From positions 158,862 to 222,861 of the forward strand of contig WELA01001939.1 of assembly GCA_009602735.1 (NCBI GenBank): 64,000 nt of DNA. Reading direction: 5' to 3'. How positions within the stretch are numbered: the stretch's first letter is position 1; every line of letters begins with the position of its first letter. The notes below the pieces were generated by a model. That model searched no databases. It was given only the letters and a program-made list of their open reading frames with translations, and was not told the DNA's origin. Shown one piece after another: positions 12,391 to 23,536 of this stretch. The DNA comes from Mesotaenium endlicherianum (taxonomy: Eukaryota). The position numbers were made by a program, and so were the translations under genes.

Positions 12391-15300
12391 ATGACAGCCT
12401 CGGATGAGCAGCATCATCCGGACGAAGGAGGTTGTCTGCTGACGACCTGCGATAGCGGAGGTTGTACAACATCATCGGATCAGCATGATGATCTTGATAC
12501 CGGAGGGGGGCTGACAGGAAGCAGTGTCGTGCATCCCCGTCAAAACAACGAAGAGGGGAGAGGGGAGCTTCAAAGTTCTTCAACTATGGGCTCCAAGGCC
12601 TGGCAGCAACAGAGAATGGAAGGAAACGTTGGAGGAAAAGTTCCGCCTTCTCCCTTGCGTGCTCGGAAGAGAACAGCCTCACTCACCATGGAAGTGCTGG
12701 AGGCAGAGAAGCGGAGGCTCAGGATGAAGGCCAGGAGTTCCAGCCTGCGGCAAAGTGTAGCGCATGCAGCTGCTGAGACGTGGCTGATCACTAGACTAGC
12801 CTTCAGGCTGCTGCGGTACCTTGGGTACGCTGCTGCTCCCGCTCCTTAGATCACGTCTTTACTCTTCCAAGTGTGTGAGGATGTGTTTAATTGGAGCGAC
12901 CGTGCACTGCTGACGCTGCACCCCCGCTCCTTAGAGCACGTCTTTACTCTTCCAAGTGTCCGACGACGTATTCATCAAAAAAAGAAGCGATCACATGCTA
13001 CGATCACATGCTACTGAGGAAAAACAATTCTAGTGCATGAGCACCTTGGGTGCTGTCAGGGTGACCGTACTTTTCTTGTTGTGCCCGAGTGAAGCAAAGG
13101 GATATTGCATGAGCAGATGCAATATCTTAGTAACGAGCAACGTTGCATTGTTTCATATGCTCGTTCTCTGCAGCGGAGAAACTCTGTGGCCTGACCCTGG
13201 ACCTTTGTTTCTCACGCTTTTGTTCCTTCGACGCCATAGCTACTAAGAATGGGGTTACCACGTGCTTCGGCAGGGTTGGGTATAAATGGGTGGCGCGGTT
13301 TCTATGGCTGCTCGTGTATGCTGCTGTTCTCATGCCGGGCTTCCTGCAAGGTGCCTCCCCCCACCAGCCTTTGAAAAGTTCATGTGCGCTCATGTACCAG
13401 GAGCTTGCTTGATTTGTCGTTCGCTTTCCTACTCAAGTCTTTTGGGTCTTCAAGTCTTTATTCTGCATTGTTAGAAAGTGCCACCTGGATGTTGCGTATC
13501 TCGCTAATATGTAGAGCTCGTTCTCTTCGTCGCCAGTCATGTCCCTGCGAGTTCCGCTGTCAGACACATTAATTTGAGCATATCAACTCGTCAACTCAGA
13601 GGTTAAAAGCTTCCCGTGTTACGTGTACTCTTGCAGCCAAGCAGCAAAGCAGGCCTAGGTCCGCCCTTCTCGTTGCATCCTGCTAATCGGCCCACTGCCT
13701 GCATTTATGCCATCCCGACTCTGTCTGGCAACATATGCACGCGCGCACGACGTAGTCTGCAATCTGCAGTCTCTCAACCTACGATTGCGCCTCTGCTTTC
13801 ATCCCTAAAGTGATTGCGCGCCTCTGCTTGCATCCCTCCCCTCTCTCTGCGGCTGCAGTCATGCACTATTACTTCATATCTGGGCGCGTGTGGAGGGACA
13901 TAAAGTACGGGGAGAAGCGACGCAACAGGCAAGAGCGATTTGCCTCCCCTGTCATCCACTGAGAGAGATGCTCAGCTGCTCTGCTCCCCCCTCACCTGGC
14001 ATCCCCCCCATTTGCCTGGTCTCTACCATTGTGCTACTGTATGCTATGCTACCATATGCTACTGTATACCGAGATGTGCTTCTATATCTATATAATATGA
14101 TATGCGACCATTGTCTGATCCTATATGCTGCTATATGCAATTATATTTGGTACTATATGCTACCACATGCTACCAGATACTGCCATGTGCTACGGGTTAC
14201 TACTACACGCTACTACTGTCTGCTCTTGTACGCTACTACCTGCAACTCTATATCCTACTGCCCGATGTGAACGCTCAGCCGGCTGTTCAGCTCTCAGCCT
14301 CGTCATGCAGATATTGTGTCCTGCCAGTTTGCCTGCCACCTGCCTTCAGACACCTACCTGCAGTGCAACGCTGCATCGCCTGCCCAATGCTGCAGGGGTG
14401 GTCAGAGCTAGCAGCAGGGTTTGGCGCTGCTGCTCTTGGCTCTTGCAGCTGGGAGCCTGGCTCTCCTCCGTGTGTGCTCATCATGGTGTCCTTTTTCTTC
14501 TTTTTCATCTCATCATACAAAACCTGCACATTCTTGTCAGTATACGCAAACAAGTTTCAGCATTGCAGCCAAAGTTTGCGGGGTGCATCAAAAATCCTAA
14601 AACACTAATATTTAGTTCAATTATTATCTTGTTCATATATTGTTATCTTTTGACTTCTGCAATTCGGTGAATCAATCTCAATCTCTGCCGTACTCATGTG
14701 GCGACAAGCCTGAATCGTAGCCACACGTCTCCTGGGTGTCTTTCAGGCTGTTGTCCTTTGTACGTCATTATCTACTTAATTATTTAACAATTTGTTTTCT
14801 ATCTGATTAATATATCACAATCATGTCACGGTTCATATGGCAGGGTGGATATGTACATGCCTGACGACGCAGCCAATTGGCCGAAGCCAGTCGTCATATT
14901 CGTCACTGGGGGCGCCTGGGTGATAGGGTGATCTGACACCCACATACAGCCACCTCTCTCCTCCGCATACCTTCCTTCTCCCCGTCACTCACAGCTTCAG
15001 GGGCGTTTGTTGTGGGGTGCAGCCTGCATGATGCATGGTGATGCATGGTGATGCATGACGATGCATGACGATGCATGTTGCATAGTGCAGTCTGCTTGTT
15101 GATCGATATCTGTAACGGCAAACTAGCGTGCGTAGTAGAGAATTCCAGTCATGCGCAAGGTGTCGGAATATGGGGGTCTCACGCAGGGCTAAGATCGTGG
15201 CAGCGGCAGGGCAGTGTGTCGGCTTGTTTGGTCGGCGTATTGCCGTCAGCCGCGCCTGGTGCGCCATAGGTGTTCACACTGTGAAGACATTTTTCAGTTT

Positions 15301-18300
15301 CCTTTTCGCTTTCTTTCCCCTCTTTCTTTTCTCTTTCTTTTCCCTCTTTCATTTCTCTTTTTTTCCCCTCTTTCTTGTCTCTTTCTTCGAAATACATCAA
15401 CGATAAATGTGTGGTCTCTGGTTGCGTGAACACTGCGTGACTCACTCAGGCCCACGCTGAGATGATGGAGGGGTGCAGGTACAAGGCGTGGGGGGCTCTT
15501 CTGGGGCAGGCTCTATCGGAGCACGGCGTCATCGTGGCCTGCGTGGACTACAGGTGATTTGACGCTCGTGTGCACCTCCTACAATCCGGATTATTACGCA
15601 TTTTCTGACATAGCACTGTCTTCAGGGAAGTTGGTGTGAGCCACCCGATTGATGTGATGCTCTCTCGCTACCTGCCGTCTGCCCTCCCCGGGGGTCAGCA
15701 CCTTCTCGTGCCAGATGAGAGTACTAGGTTTGAAGTGACTCACTCCTTCTCGCGGACTCGCGCACGCGCGCGCACACACACACACACACGCGCGCGCGCG
15801 TGCGCACAGACACATGCGCACGTGCATTTATACGCATGACTTTTGTGTCTTTCACACATGCATACACATCATACATGTGTACAGATTGCTTCTTCTCCCG
15901 CACGGCTTGCTCCTTCAGACCTGATGCAAATGAGGGAAGTCCTCAGCTCTTCGCTTTCTGTGGATCCTCGCACGTCTTGTTGGTTACTCGTGCTCTCTAC
16001 AAAGACGCACAGGATCTCACAAGCAGAAGAGACGTGAGTGTGTGCAGGCATGCGCGCTTTCGTCTGTCTGGGCAGGATGGGGGTGCAGCCGGCAGAGACT
16101 TGTTCAGTAGGAAACGCTTGGGCTCCCTTTGACTAGTAGGAGCTGATGTGCAATGAGCAGCAGCAGTGTGAGCCGGTACACGACAGTCAACAACCCTCTG
16201 AGCCAATGCAGACGAGCGGCAGCACTGTGAACCGATGCGCGATGAGCAGCAACAGTCTAAGGCATCGTAAATGCGCAGCCGCAGTGTGAGCCGATATGCC
16301 ACAAGCAGCAGCACTCTGAACCGATGTAGATGAGCGGCAGCAGCTTGATGTGACATTGCGTGATAAGTTATAAGCAGCAGCTGGCCACTGGGGCCCTGGA
16401 ATAACTCTCCCTTGTTGGCGTCCCCTCTAAATTTGAAAGGGCCTGCAGCCAGCTAGGAAGCCGCCAGTGCATGAACTTACACCCTGCCGGAGCTGCCTCT
16501 CCCACGGCAGGAACTTTCCGCAGGGGACTGTCGGCGACATGTTGTGCGACGTCACGACTGCCATCGCTTGGATCTTCGACAACATAGGCCACTACGGGGG
16601 CGACGTCGACAGGTGGCGCTCTCTCAGCTCGCCGCCTCCCACGAACGACCCTGATTGTTTGTCAGCCAGGCTGATGCTTCGTGGGCTGCCCGTGCTTGCA
16701 TTTGTGATGGAGATGTATTTGGATTGATAGTACCAAAAATGTGCGTGTGTGTGAGAAAAAGTATGCCTTGCATTCGAATGAAACACCCTACTGGACATGT
16801 TCCTCTTGCAGTATATGCAATATCTATGATTTCTATACATGTTATGTAAAATGTGGTGCATTCTTGGCCTCTTGTGTGGCGGGCTCCGAGGTCGTAGGCG
16901 GCTCAGATGGATGGGGCCATAAAGCTCGGGCGTCTCTTTAATCTCCTGTCTGCGAAGGTCACAGCAGGGGGGACAGGGAGGCGCAAGTGCTGCGCACCTT
17001 TTTATCTGTTTGTTTTTCTTCTTTTTGAATATAGGACATGTACACATGGCTCGATAGCGCGCACTCCGGGGCTGCAAGCTGCTACAATACCTACCTTATG
17101 GATGTCGTCAATCATATGTGCCTCTCTCTCTAACACACACGCACGCACTCACACACACACACACACACACGCACACACACGCACACCTACACACGCACGC
17201 ACAAACATCAATCGCAAGCCACTAGTGGCGCCTTCCATCTGCTATGCCGCGAGTGCCGGCTCCGTACCGCCACCCACACACACACACTTATTCTCACCGC
17301 TAGGCTGTTGTTCGCCTAACGTGAACATGAAAGCAGGGGCTAGTCTGTTGCATGTCTGCATGCACGCATCCATGCCAGCAAGAGTAGAGGTGCAGGCTCT
17401 CCGCAACTGTCGAACCTTACCCTCTGCTGCCCCGCGCACGTCGCACCGCACACAAGTCGTGATTGGATCCATTGATGCCTCCGACCGTAAATTCGAAGCT
17501 CAGACTGTGAAACCCTACAAATCATCATCTTACCCTGCACCTAAGCAAGGCACTGATAAGTCCCTCAGTGCCTGCTGCAACAGTAGACCTCCTTCATTGG
17601 CTGCCGCAAGCACACGTGCGCACAAGCAAGGCGCAAGGATATCTTTTGATGCCTGCAATTGTCGGGGCAGCACAGCCACTCGAACTGCGTATCTCTCTGA
17701 AGCGAGAGTTGGCCCTGGGACGGCATGCGCTCGAGTAGCTGACGGGGGTGCGTGCAATGCACGCACGCAAGCAAGGTGCGACTGAATCCTTACCCTTGCC
17801 CCTGCCGTGCGGCCCCTGTGCCCCGCAGAGTGTCCCTGGTGGGCCAGTCGGCGGGCGCACACCTGGCGTCGGTGGCGCTCGTGCTGCAGGCGGCCTGCGA
17901 GGCCAACGCAACAGACGGCGGCGCGAGGGAGCCCCCCTGGAGGCCCACACAGCTCAAGCACTTCATTGGCATCTCCGGCGGGTGGGTGCTCTCTCTTCCT
18001 TGCACTCTCACTCCCTGCCCCTGCCCCTGCCCCTGCCCTCAGCATCTTCGTTTTTGCCTTCACAGTCGGAGACTCTCACTGCTCAGTCTTCCATCTTCTG
18101 ATCTGCCCCGCAGAGGCTCTCAACCTTGCAATCCCCCCCCCCCCCCCAAAAAAANNNNCCCCCCCCCCCCCCAAAAAAAACCCCCGTTTCTGGTTGTGGG
18201 CCCTATCTCTGGTTGTCGGCCCTCCTGATTGTTGCGCAAATGACCCCTTCACCCCGATCTTGAACCGATAACTGATAAGCTTCGCAGAGGGATCCATACG

Positions 18301-18831
18301 TTGAACCCTAAACCCCAAACTTGAGACCCAAAACCCTAACGAAACTCTAACGCTCGCATTTCTAAGCCCTAGGCCGGGACAAACGTCCAAGCGTCTCTGC
18401 TCGTGGGCACGTCGCGGGCTGGGCGGCGCATGCCGGGGGAGGCACAGGCGCAGGCGCCCCTGTTGCAGCAACCCGCAGCTGCTGAGCTGGGGGCAGTGGG
18501 CTGAGCAGCGCGCTGTTCTACCTGCCGATGCACCTGCGAAGCTGTCGATTGGGGGGGGCGGGGACTGCCACTCTCTACTTTCTGTCGGGGGCTTGGTTGT
18601 TGACCCACTCCTACTGATGAGTCAACTCCCGGCAGAGCATAACGGCTGCTCACGCTTATCCAGCACGCCCTCAAGCTGCTCCATTTTTCCTGGCACCCCC
18701 CTCAGTCGTCTTATTGGGACTCCTCCTCCCTGCTTGACACGCCTTTGGAACCTTTTTTTTGTGTAAACGTGTTGAGATATCGTACAATGTGTGCGTACCC
18801 CTTTTACCTTCTTACAAAACATGTATATTTA

Positions 18832-18869
<38 letters not shown>

Positions 18870-21756
18870 TAAATATACATGTTTTGTAAGAAGGTAAAAG
18901 GGGTACGCACACATTGTACGATATCTCAACACGTTTACACAAAAAAAAGGTTCCAAAGGCGTGTCAAGCAGGGAGGAGGAGTCCCAATAAGACGACTGAG
19001 GGGGGTGCCAGGAAAAATNCCTGGTGGACCTCATCGGCCATTTCAACAACCGCGGCATGAACCGCTCCTTCTTCCTCAGGTGAGCTTCTCCCCAAACGCA
19101 TCCCTGTTCTCTTCCGTCCCTCTCGTTAAATACCACTGCTCTGCTCCCCCGCTGCATGGATGAACCGATTTGGGTGGCGGGAGTTGCCTCTGCAATCCAC
19201 AGTCGACATGCCTGGTGTCTGCATCCAGCAGCTGGTGTGCAGGTGTCGCCGCGCATGCACACCACATGCGTATAGCGTCTTGAAGGCTGCCAGCTGGCAT
19301 GTTGATATGGCTGCAGCAGACTCATGCAATGTGTACAATGTAAAGAGCGCCCCTGAAGCTGCCAGCTGGCGCGTTGGTGTGGCCGCAGATAGGTGCGATT
19401 TGTAAATGTCATAAGGTTGCCCCGGAAGCTCCTCAGGTTTGTGTGTTTTGCACGTGTGCTGCTGCTGCTGCTGCTGCTGCTTGCGCGCGTGGTTTTGGGA
19501 CATGTCTGTTCACTCAGGTCCGTACGTGCGCGCGCGTGTGTTGCTGCTGCTGGCGTGTGTGCCTGAGGCAAGTCCATCTTCACTAGTGTCCGGGCGTGCA
19601 CGTGCGCTTCTGCAGCTGCCGTGTAACTTGGGCGCACGTCTCGGTAATCATTTCCGTTCTTAGGTTTGCCCGTGCGCATGTGCTGCGTTTGCTGCACTGC
19701 TGCTGCTGATGACAACGACGACGGTGTGTGCGCCTGGGGCAGCACGTGGCTGTGCGTTTGGCATGCACCTCTGTAGATGAACACTTCTCTCAGACTTGTA
19801 CGTGCGCTTGTGCTGCTGCTGCTGCTGCTGCTGTTGCCGGCGTGTGTGTGCGCTTGGCATGCGCGTGTCTGTGCCTCCAGCATGATGGAGGGCGAGGCTT
19901 CCTTGCCAGCCTACTCGCCGGAGCTCGTGGTGAAGAGCCCCGTGTTTGGCGGGGGCGCGCGGTGCCTACCTCCCATCACCCTCTACCACGGCACCGGGGA
20001 CTACTCCATACCCCACTCGTCGAGGTGGGCACCGTGCATGAGCAGCTTCATGGCGCTTACCAGTATCGATCGTGCATTGCTGCCGTTGCTCGGACGTGCA
20101 CGTGCACTGTGCTCTTCCCCCTGCGTGTGAGTGTCTTGCACTTCCCTGCGTGTGTGTGTGTGTGTGTTGCACGCATGCGCATGTGGTGGTTGTATTTTCC
20201 CTGCATGTGTGTGTCTTGCACTCTCCCTGCGTGTGTGTGTCTTGCACTCTCCCTGCATGTCTTAGTTGCATTTCCCTGCATGAGTATTGCACTTCCCTGG
20301 CTGGCTGTTGCACTTTCCCCTGCGCGAAGCTGACACAACTCACGAGTGCCGCCGCGCGTGCCCGCCACACTTGCTGCTGCGGAGCAGGAGCAGATAGACG
20401 GAGGTTGAATAATCTGTAAGACCGCGACAGTAGTGCAGCTGGCGCGTGTCTGCCGCACTTGTTGCTGCCGAGCAGGAGCAGACGGCAGTGGTCGGGTGGT
20501 TTGGAAGTCCGCGACGGCGTGCGGCTAATGCATTAGCTTCCTACCGCCGAGCAGGAGCAGGCAGTGGTCGAGTAGCCTGCAACTCTACGACAGTGTGCAA
20601 GTCTATGGCAGTGTGCAACGGGTGCACGTTCTCTGCACTTGCTGCCGTGGAGCGGGGACAGGGGGCAGACAGTCGCCGGGTGCTTTGCAATCCCGTGACA
20701 GTGTGGCAGCTGGTCGTCGAGCCCCGACCCTCTCGGAGCAGCGGCCGAGGTCAGCACCAGGCCCTGCACGAGCAGCTTGCGTGGTGTTGTTAAGTTGAGA
20801 GCTCTAGCAGCGGCTGAGAATCAGACGCGGGTGCGGCGTGTACAACGTCGTTGACTCCCGAGTGGCCCTGAAGAACGTCCAAGGTCTCCGTCAGACCTGG
20901 TTCTTTGCGGTTGCCGCTTCTATGGAATCGGCTCGTGTGGTGTCGGGTCGTCAGTGTCATTGAGTCGAGAGTGTAGAGTCTCTGAACTGGTATAGAGAGC
21001 TGGACTCGAGACCCTCGCCTGTCGTGTGTTCAGCCAAGCTTTCGCTGCGGAGCTGGAGGCTGCCGGTGCGCGCGTCAGGGTGCAGCTCTACCCGGGCAAG
21101 ACGCACACTGATCTTATATTGCAGGTGAGAGCAAGCGGCTTCCACCTTGCACTCATGCTGCTGCCTCCTGGCTGTCTCCTGGCTGTCTCCTGTCTCCTAG
21201 TTGTCTCCTAGCTGGTGCGCCAGTATGTCCAGGCGCTTGAAAGAGCCGCTGACTGAGGGGTGAGAATACTTCGTTACGCAGTGATGCTCAGTCATGTCTT
21301 TGCCCGGCAAAATCGTTTTTGATGAGCTGAAGATGCTTAAGCATAGCATAGGGTTGCTGCTGTGTCCCCATTTCAACTCCGCAGGTGCTTAGTCTGAGGT
21401 CCCAGTAATTGCTTGTTGTGCGCTTATATTTGAGAAAGTTCTCCTAAGCTTCCCGGTCTAGCTGTCAATGTTTGTCCATAGTGCAATATCGATGTTTCTT
21501 AGGATACGTCTGTTTTGTGCGCTTTGTGTCAAGGGAGAGTTTGAGCTTACCGTGTGATCCGTGTCCTTAGTGCGCTTTTCGTGCCCGCTGTCAGGATCCA
21601 ATGCGGGGAGGCAAGGACGAGCTTTTGGCCGACATACTCTCCTTAGTTTATGCACAGGATGAGAAGGCGCACGCCCTTTGCCAAGCTGCGCCGCCGCAGA
21701 GAAGGATGGTGCCAGAAATACTGTTGCAGATGGCACATTACGTGAGCCCATTTTAG
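12391..21756 (+). CDS. ICME: Isoprenylcysteine alpha-carbonyl methylesterase ICME-like (alpha/beta hydrolase)
   Basis: Exons 12391-12824, 13274-13350, 13859-13928, 14844-14927, 15479-15553, 16511-16612, 17829-17981, ~19020-19079 (5' end lost at a gap), 19881-20023, 21034-21124 and 21595-21756. Motifs: [57 protein letters not shown] (catalytic Ser), [22 protein letters not shown] and C-terminal VSPF*. The exact start ATG is uncertain. Confidence 0.92.
18683..19018. repeat. Perfect 336-bp palindrome centred on an (AT)n microsatellite
   Basis: atttttcctggcacc... (from 18683) is the reverse complement of ...ggtgccaggaaaaat (to 19018). The centre lies in the (TA)n tract at about 18850, and the right arm ends exactly at the N at 19019. 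Confidence 0.9.
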
Positions 21757-23536
21757 TTATATATTCCTAACGGATTATATCGCCTTCCTTATGTGTAGAA
21801 GAAAGGCATCCTCCTTGATCACCACATGTTTGTAGTACTTCAAGTAAAACTGTGCTCATTCGTCATTATTTTGTGCATAATACAAAATGTACCATCTGTC
21901 TCCGGTAGACATGAATGTGACCCATTTGTTGTCACTATTTTGTGCGCTCAATGCCTAGATATGAATGTGAGGCTGGCATAACATCGTTCACACTAATCCT
22001 TGACCACAGTTGGTCAGATAATGATAAGTGGAGTCACATGTAGACTATGAATAAACATTTGGTAACTGATGTTGTAAAGTAGTGGGGTTGCTAAGCACAA
22101 GCTGATTGAATTGGGAGCGAGGCAAGGGTGTGTGCACGTAACGGAGTGGAGTTCACAATGTGGCGAAGGCAATCATGATGCTCAACCCATGCTAACCTCG
22201 GCCCTACCATATTGTTTTTTTTGGTGCAGGGCATAGAATATTTTTTACGGGTCGCCTCGTCGTTATAATCTGTGGGCCGTCCAAACGTCAGAAGTCTGAA
22301 CAATTGAACGCGGACGTCAGCTGCCTGCCGTGGGTCTGTCGAGTCGTAGGGCAATCGAACTGACAATTTGAGCTACGCTCAAATTGAGGTTTGAAAAGTA
22401 GTGAATATTTCACCAAATATTCACCAAATTCGAATGCATCAATCGAAGACACGGACAAGCAATTAACACTTGAGTAATTCCGAGAGCTAAGCCTAACCTA
22501 CTTAAGTGAAGCCAGAAAAGGCTAAGCTCATGCAAGCGCAAATACAGTGCATAGTTGACCCACCCACCCCCCAAAGTTAAATAGAACAGAAATTCAATAG
22601 AGATGGCAGCCAACATAAGCAAAACCAGGGGTTCAAGAGTAAGAACAGTTAACCTAAAGAGAATTTGAGTTAAAGGACCTTTGGTTACAGTAGAATAATG
22701 AGATAGTTAAGAGTAGTTAAAAATAGAATAAATAAGCCAGTTTGGCAATTTAGTCTAAAGAGAATTGAACACTATACTATTAGGTTACAATAGGATAAAA
22801 GTCAGTCGTAGGAACCAGTCCCAGAAGCATAGCGCCACACGAGAACTCATATATGCACTTGTACTCTATCGCCTAAAACTGACAGTATGTGCCCAATTTC
22901 TTATTAATTCTCTTAGCATTTTCCTCTTTCTATTCTTTCATTTTCTATTGTGAAATATTCACTGCATTCAAAAGTGCCTGAGTGCCCAAGTGCAGTATAT
23001 GGGAGCAGATGGGAGTCGGGACCAGTCGGGACTCGGCACCAGTCGGGACTCGGGACTGGGAGTCGTTGGTCGTCAGTCGCCAGTCGTCAATAGCAGTCAG
23101 GACATTGTAAGAGGGACCTTCACAACATCTTCCTCGTGCCAAATCTGATACAACTGGCCTCGACTGATGGCAAACGCAAGTTTGAACTACCACGCATATT
23201 ATAGAGGGAAACGACGATAAAATGAGCAGCTCATGCACAAATACATGACGTGCGTAGCACATCTTCCCGGCATTTCCTGTTGAAATTGGGTCAAGAGGAT
23301 TGTCTTGTTGAGAGTTTTTGGATTTCTTGTCTGCAGTTGCAAGCGTCTGAGCGCTCTGGGTATAGCCCGTAGGTAGGACCCATTTTGAACTTAGCGGGAG
23401 ACTTTAATTGAAACCCTGTGCCTTCTTACTCCCTTGCTAATGTGATTGAAAGAACTTCATGCATGGTGTGTAGGACGGATGCTCTAAGCTGATGGGAAAT
23501 AGTGACTGCTAGATAAAATTTGAGTGGTCTGCAACC

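Noticed and set aside
16907..19883. ORFs 16907-17785 (+) and 18804-19883 (-)
   Set aside because: They lie in ICME introns, are built from CA/GT and CAG microsatellites, and show no recognisable domain.
22341..22386. tRNA-like A-box/B-box on the minus strand (tagctcaaattg...gttcgatt)
   Set aside because: The boxes are only about 3 nt apart and there is no cloverleaf. The A-box-like part is explained by a 10-bp inverted repeat (caatttgagc-tac-gctcaaattg).
23143..23155. tctgatacaa as a reverse primer-binding site of an LTR element
   Set aside because: It is an imperfect short match to tctgatacca with no adjacent LTR end or gag/pol sequence.
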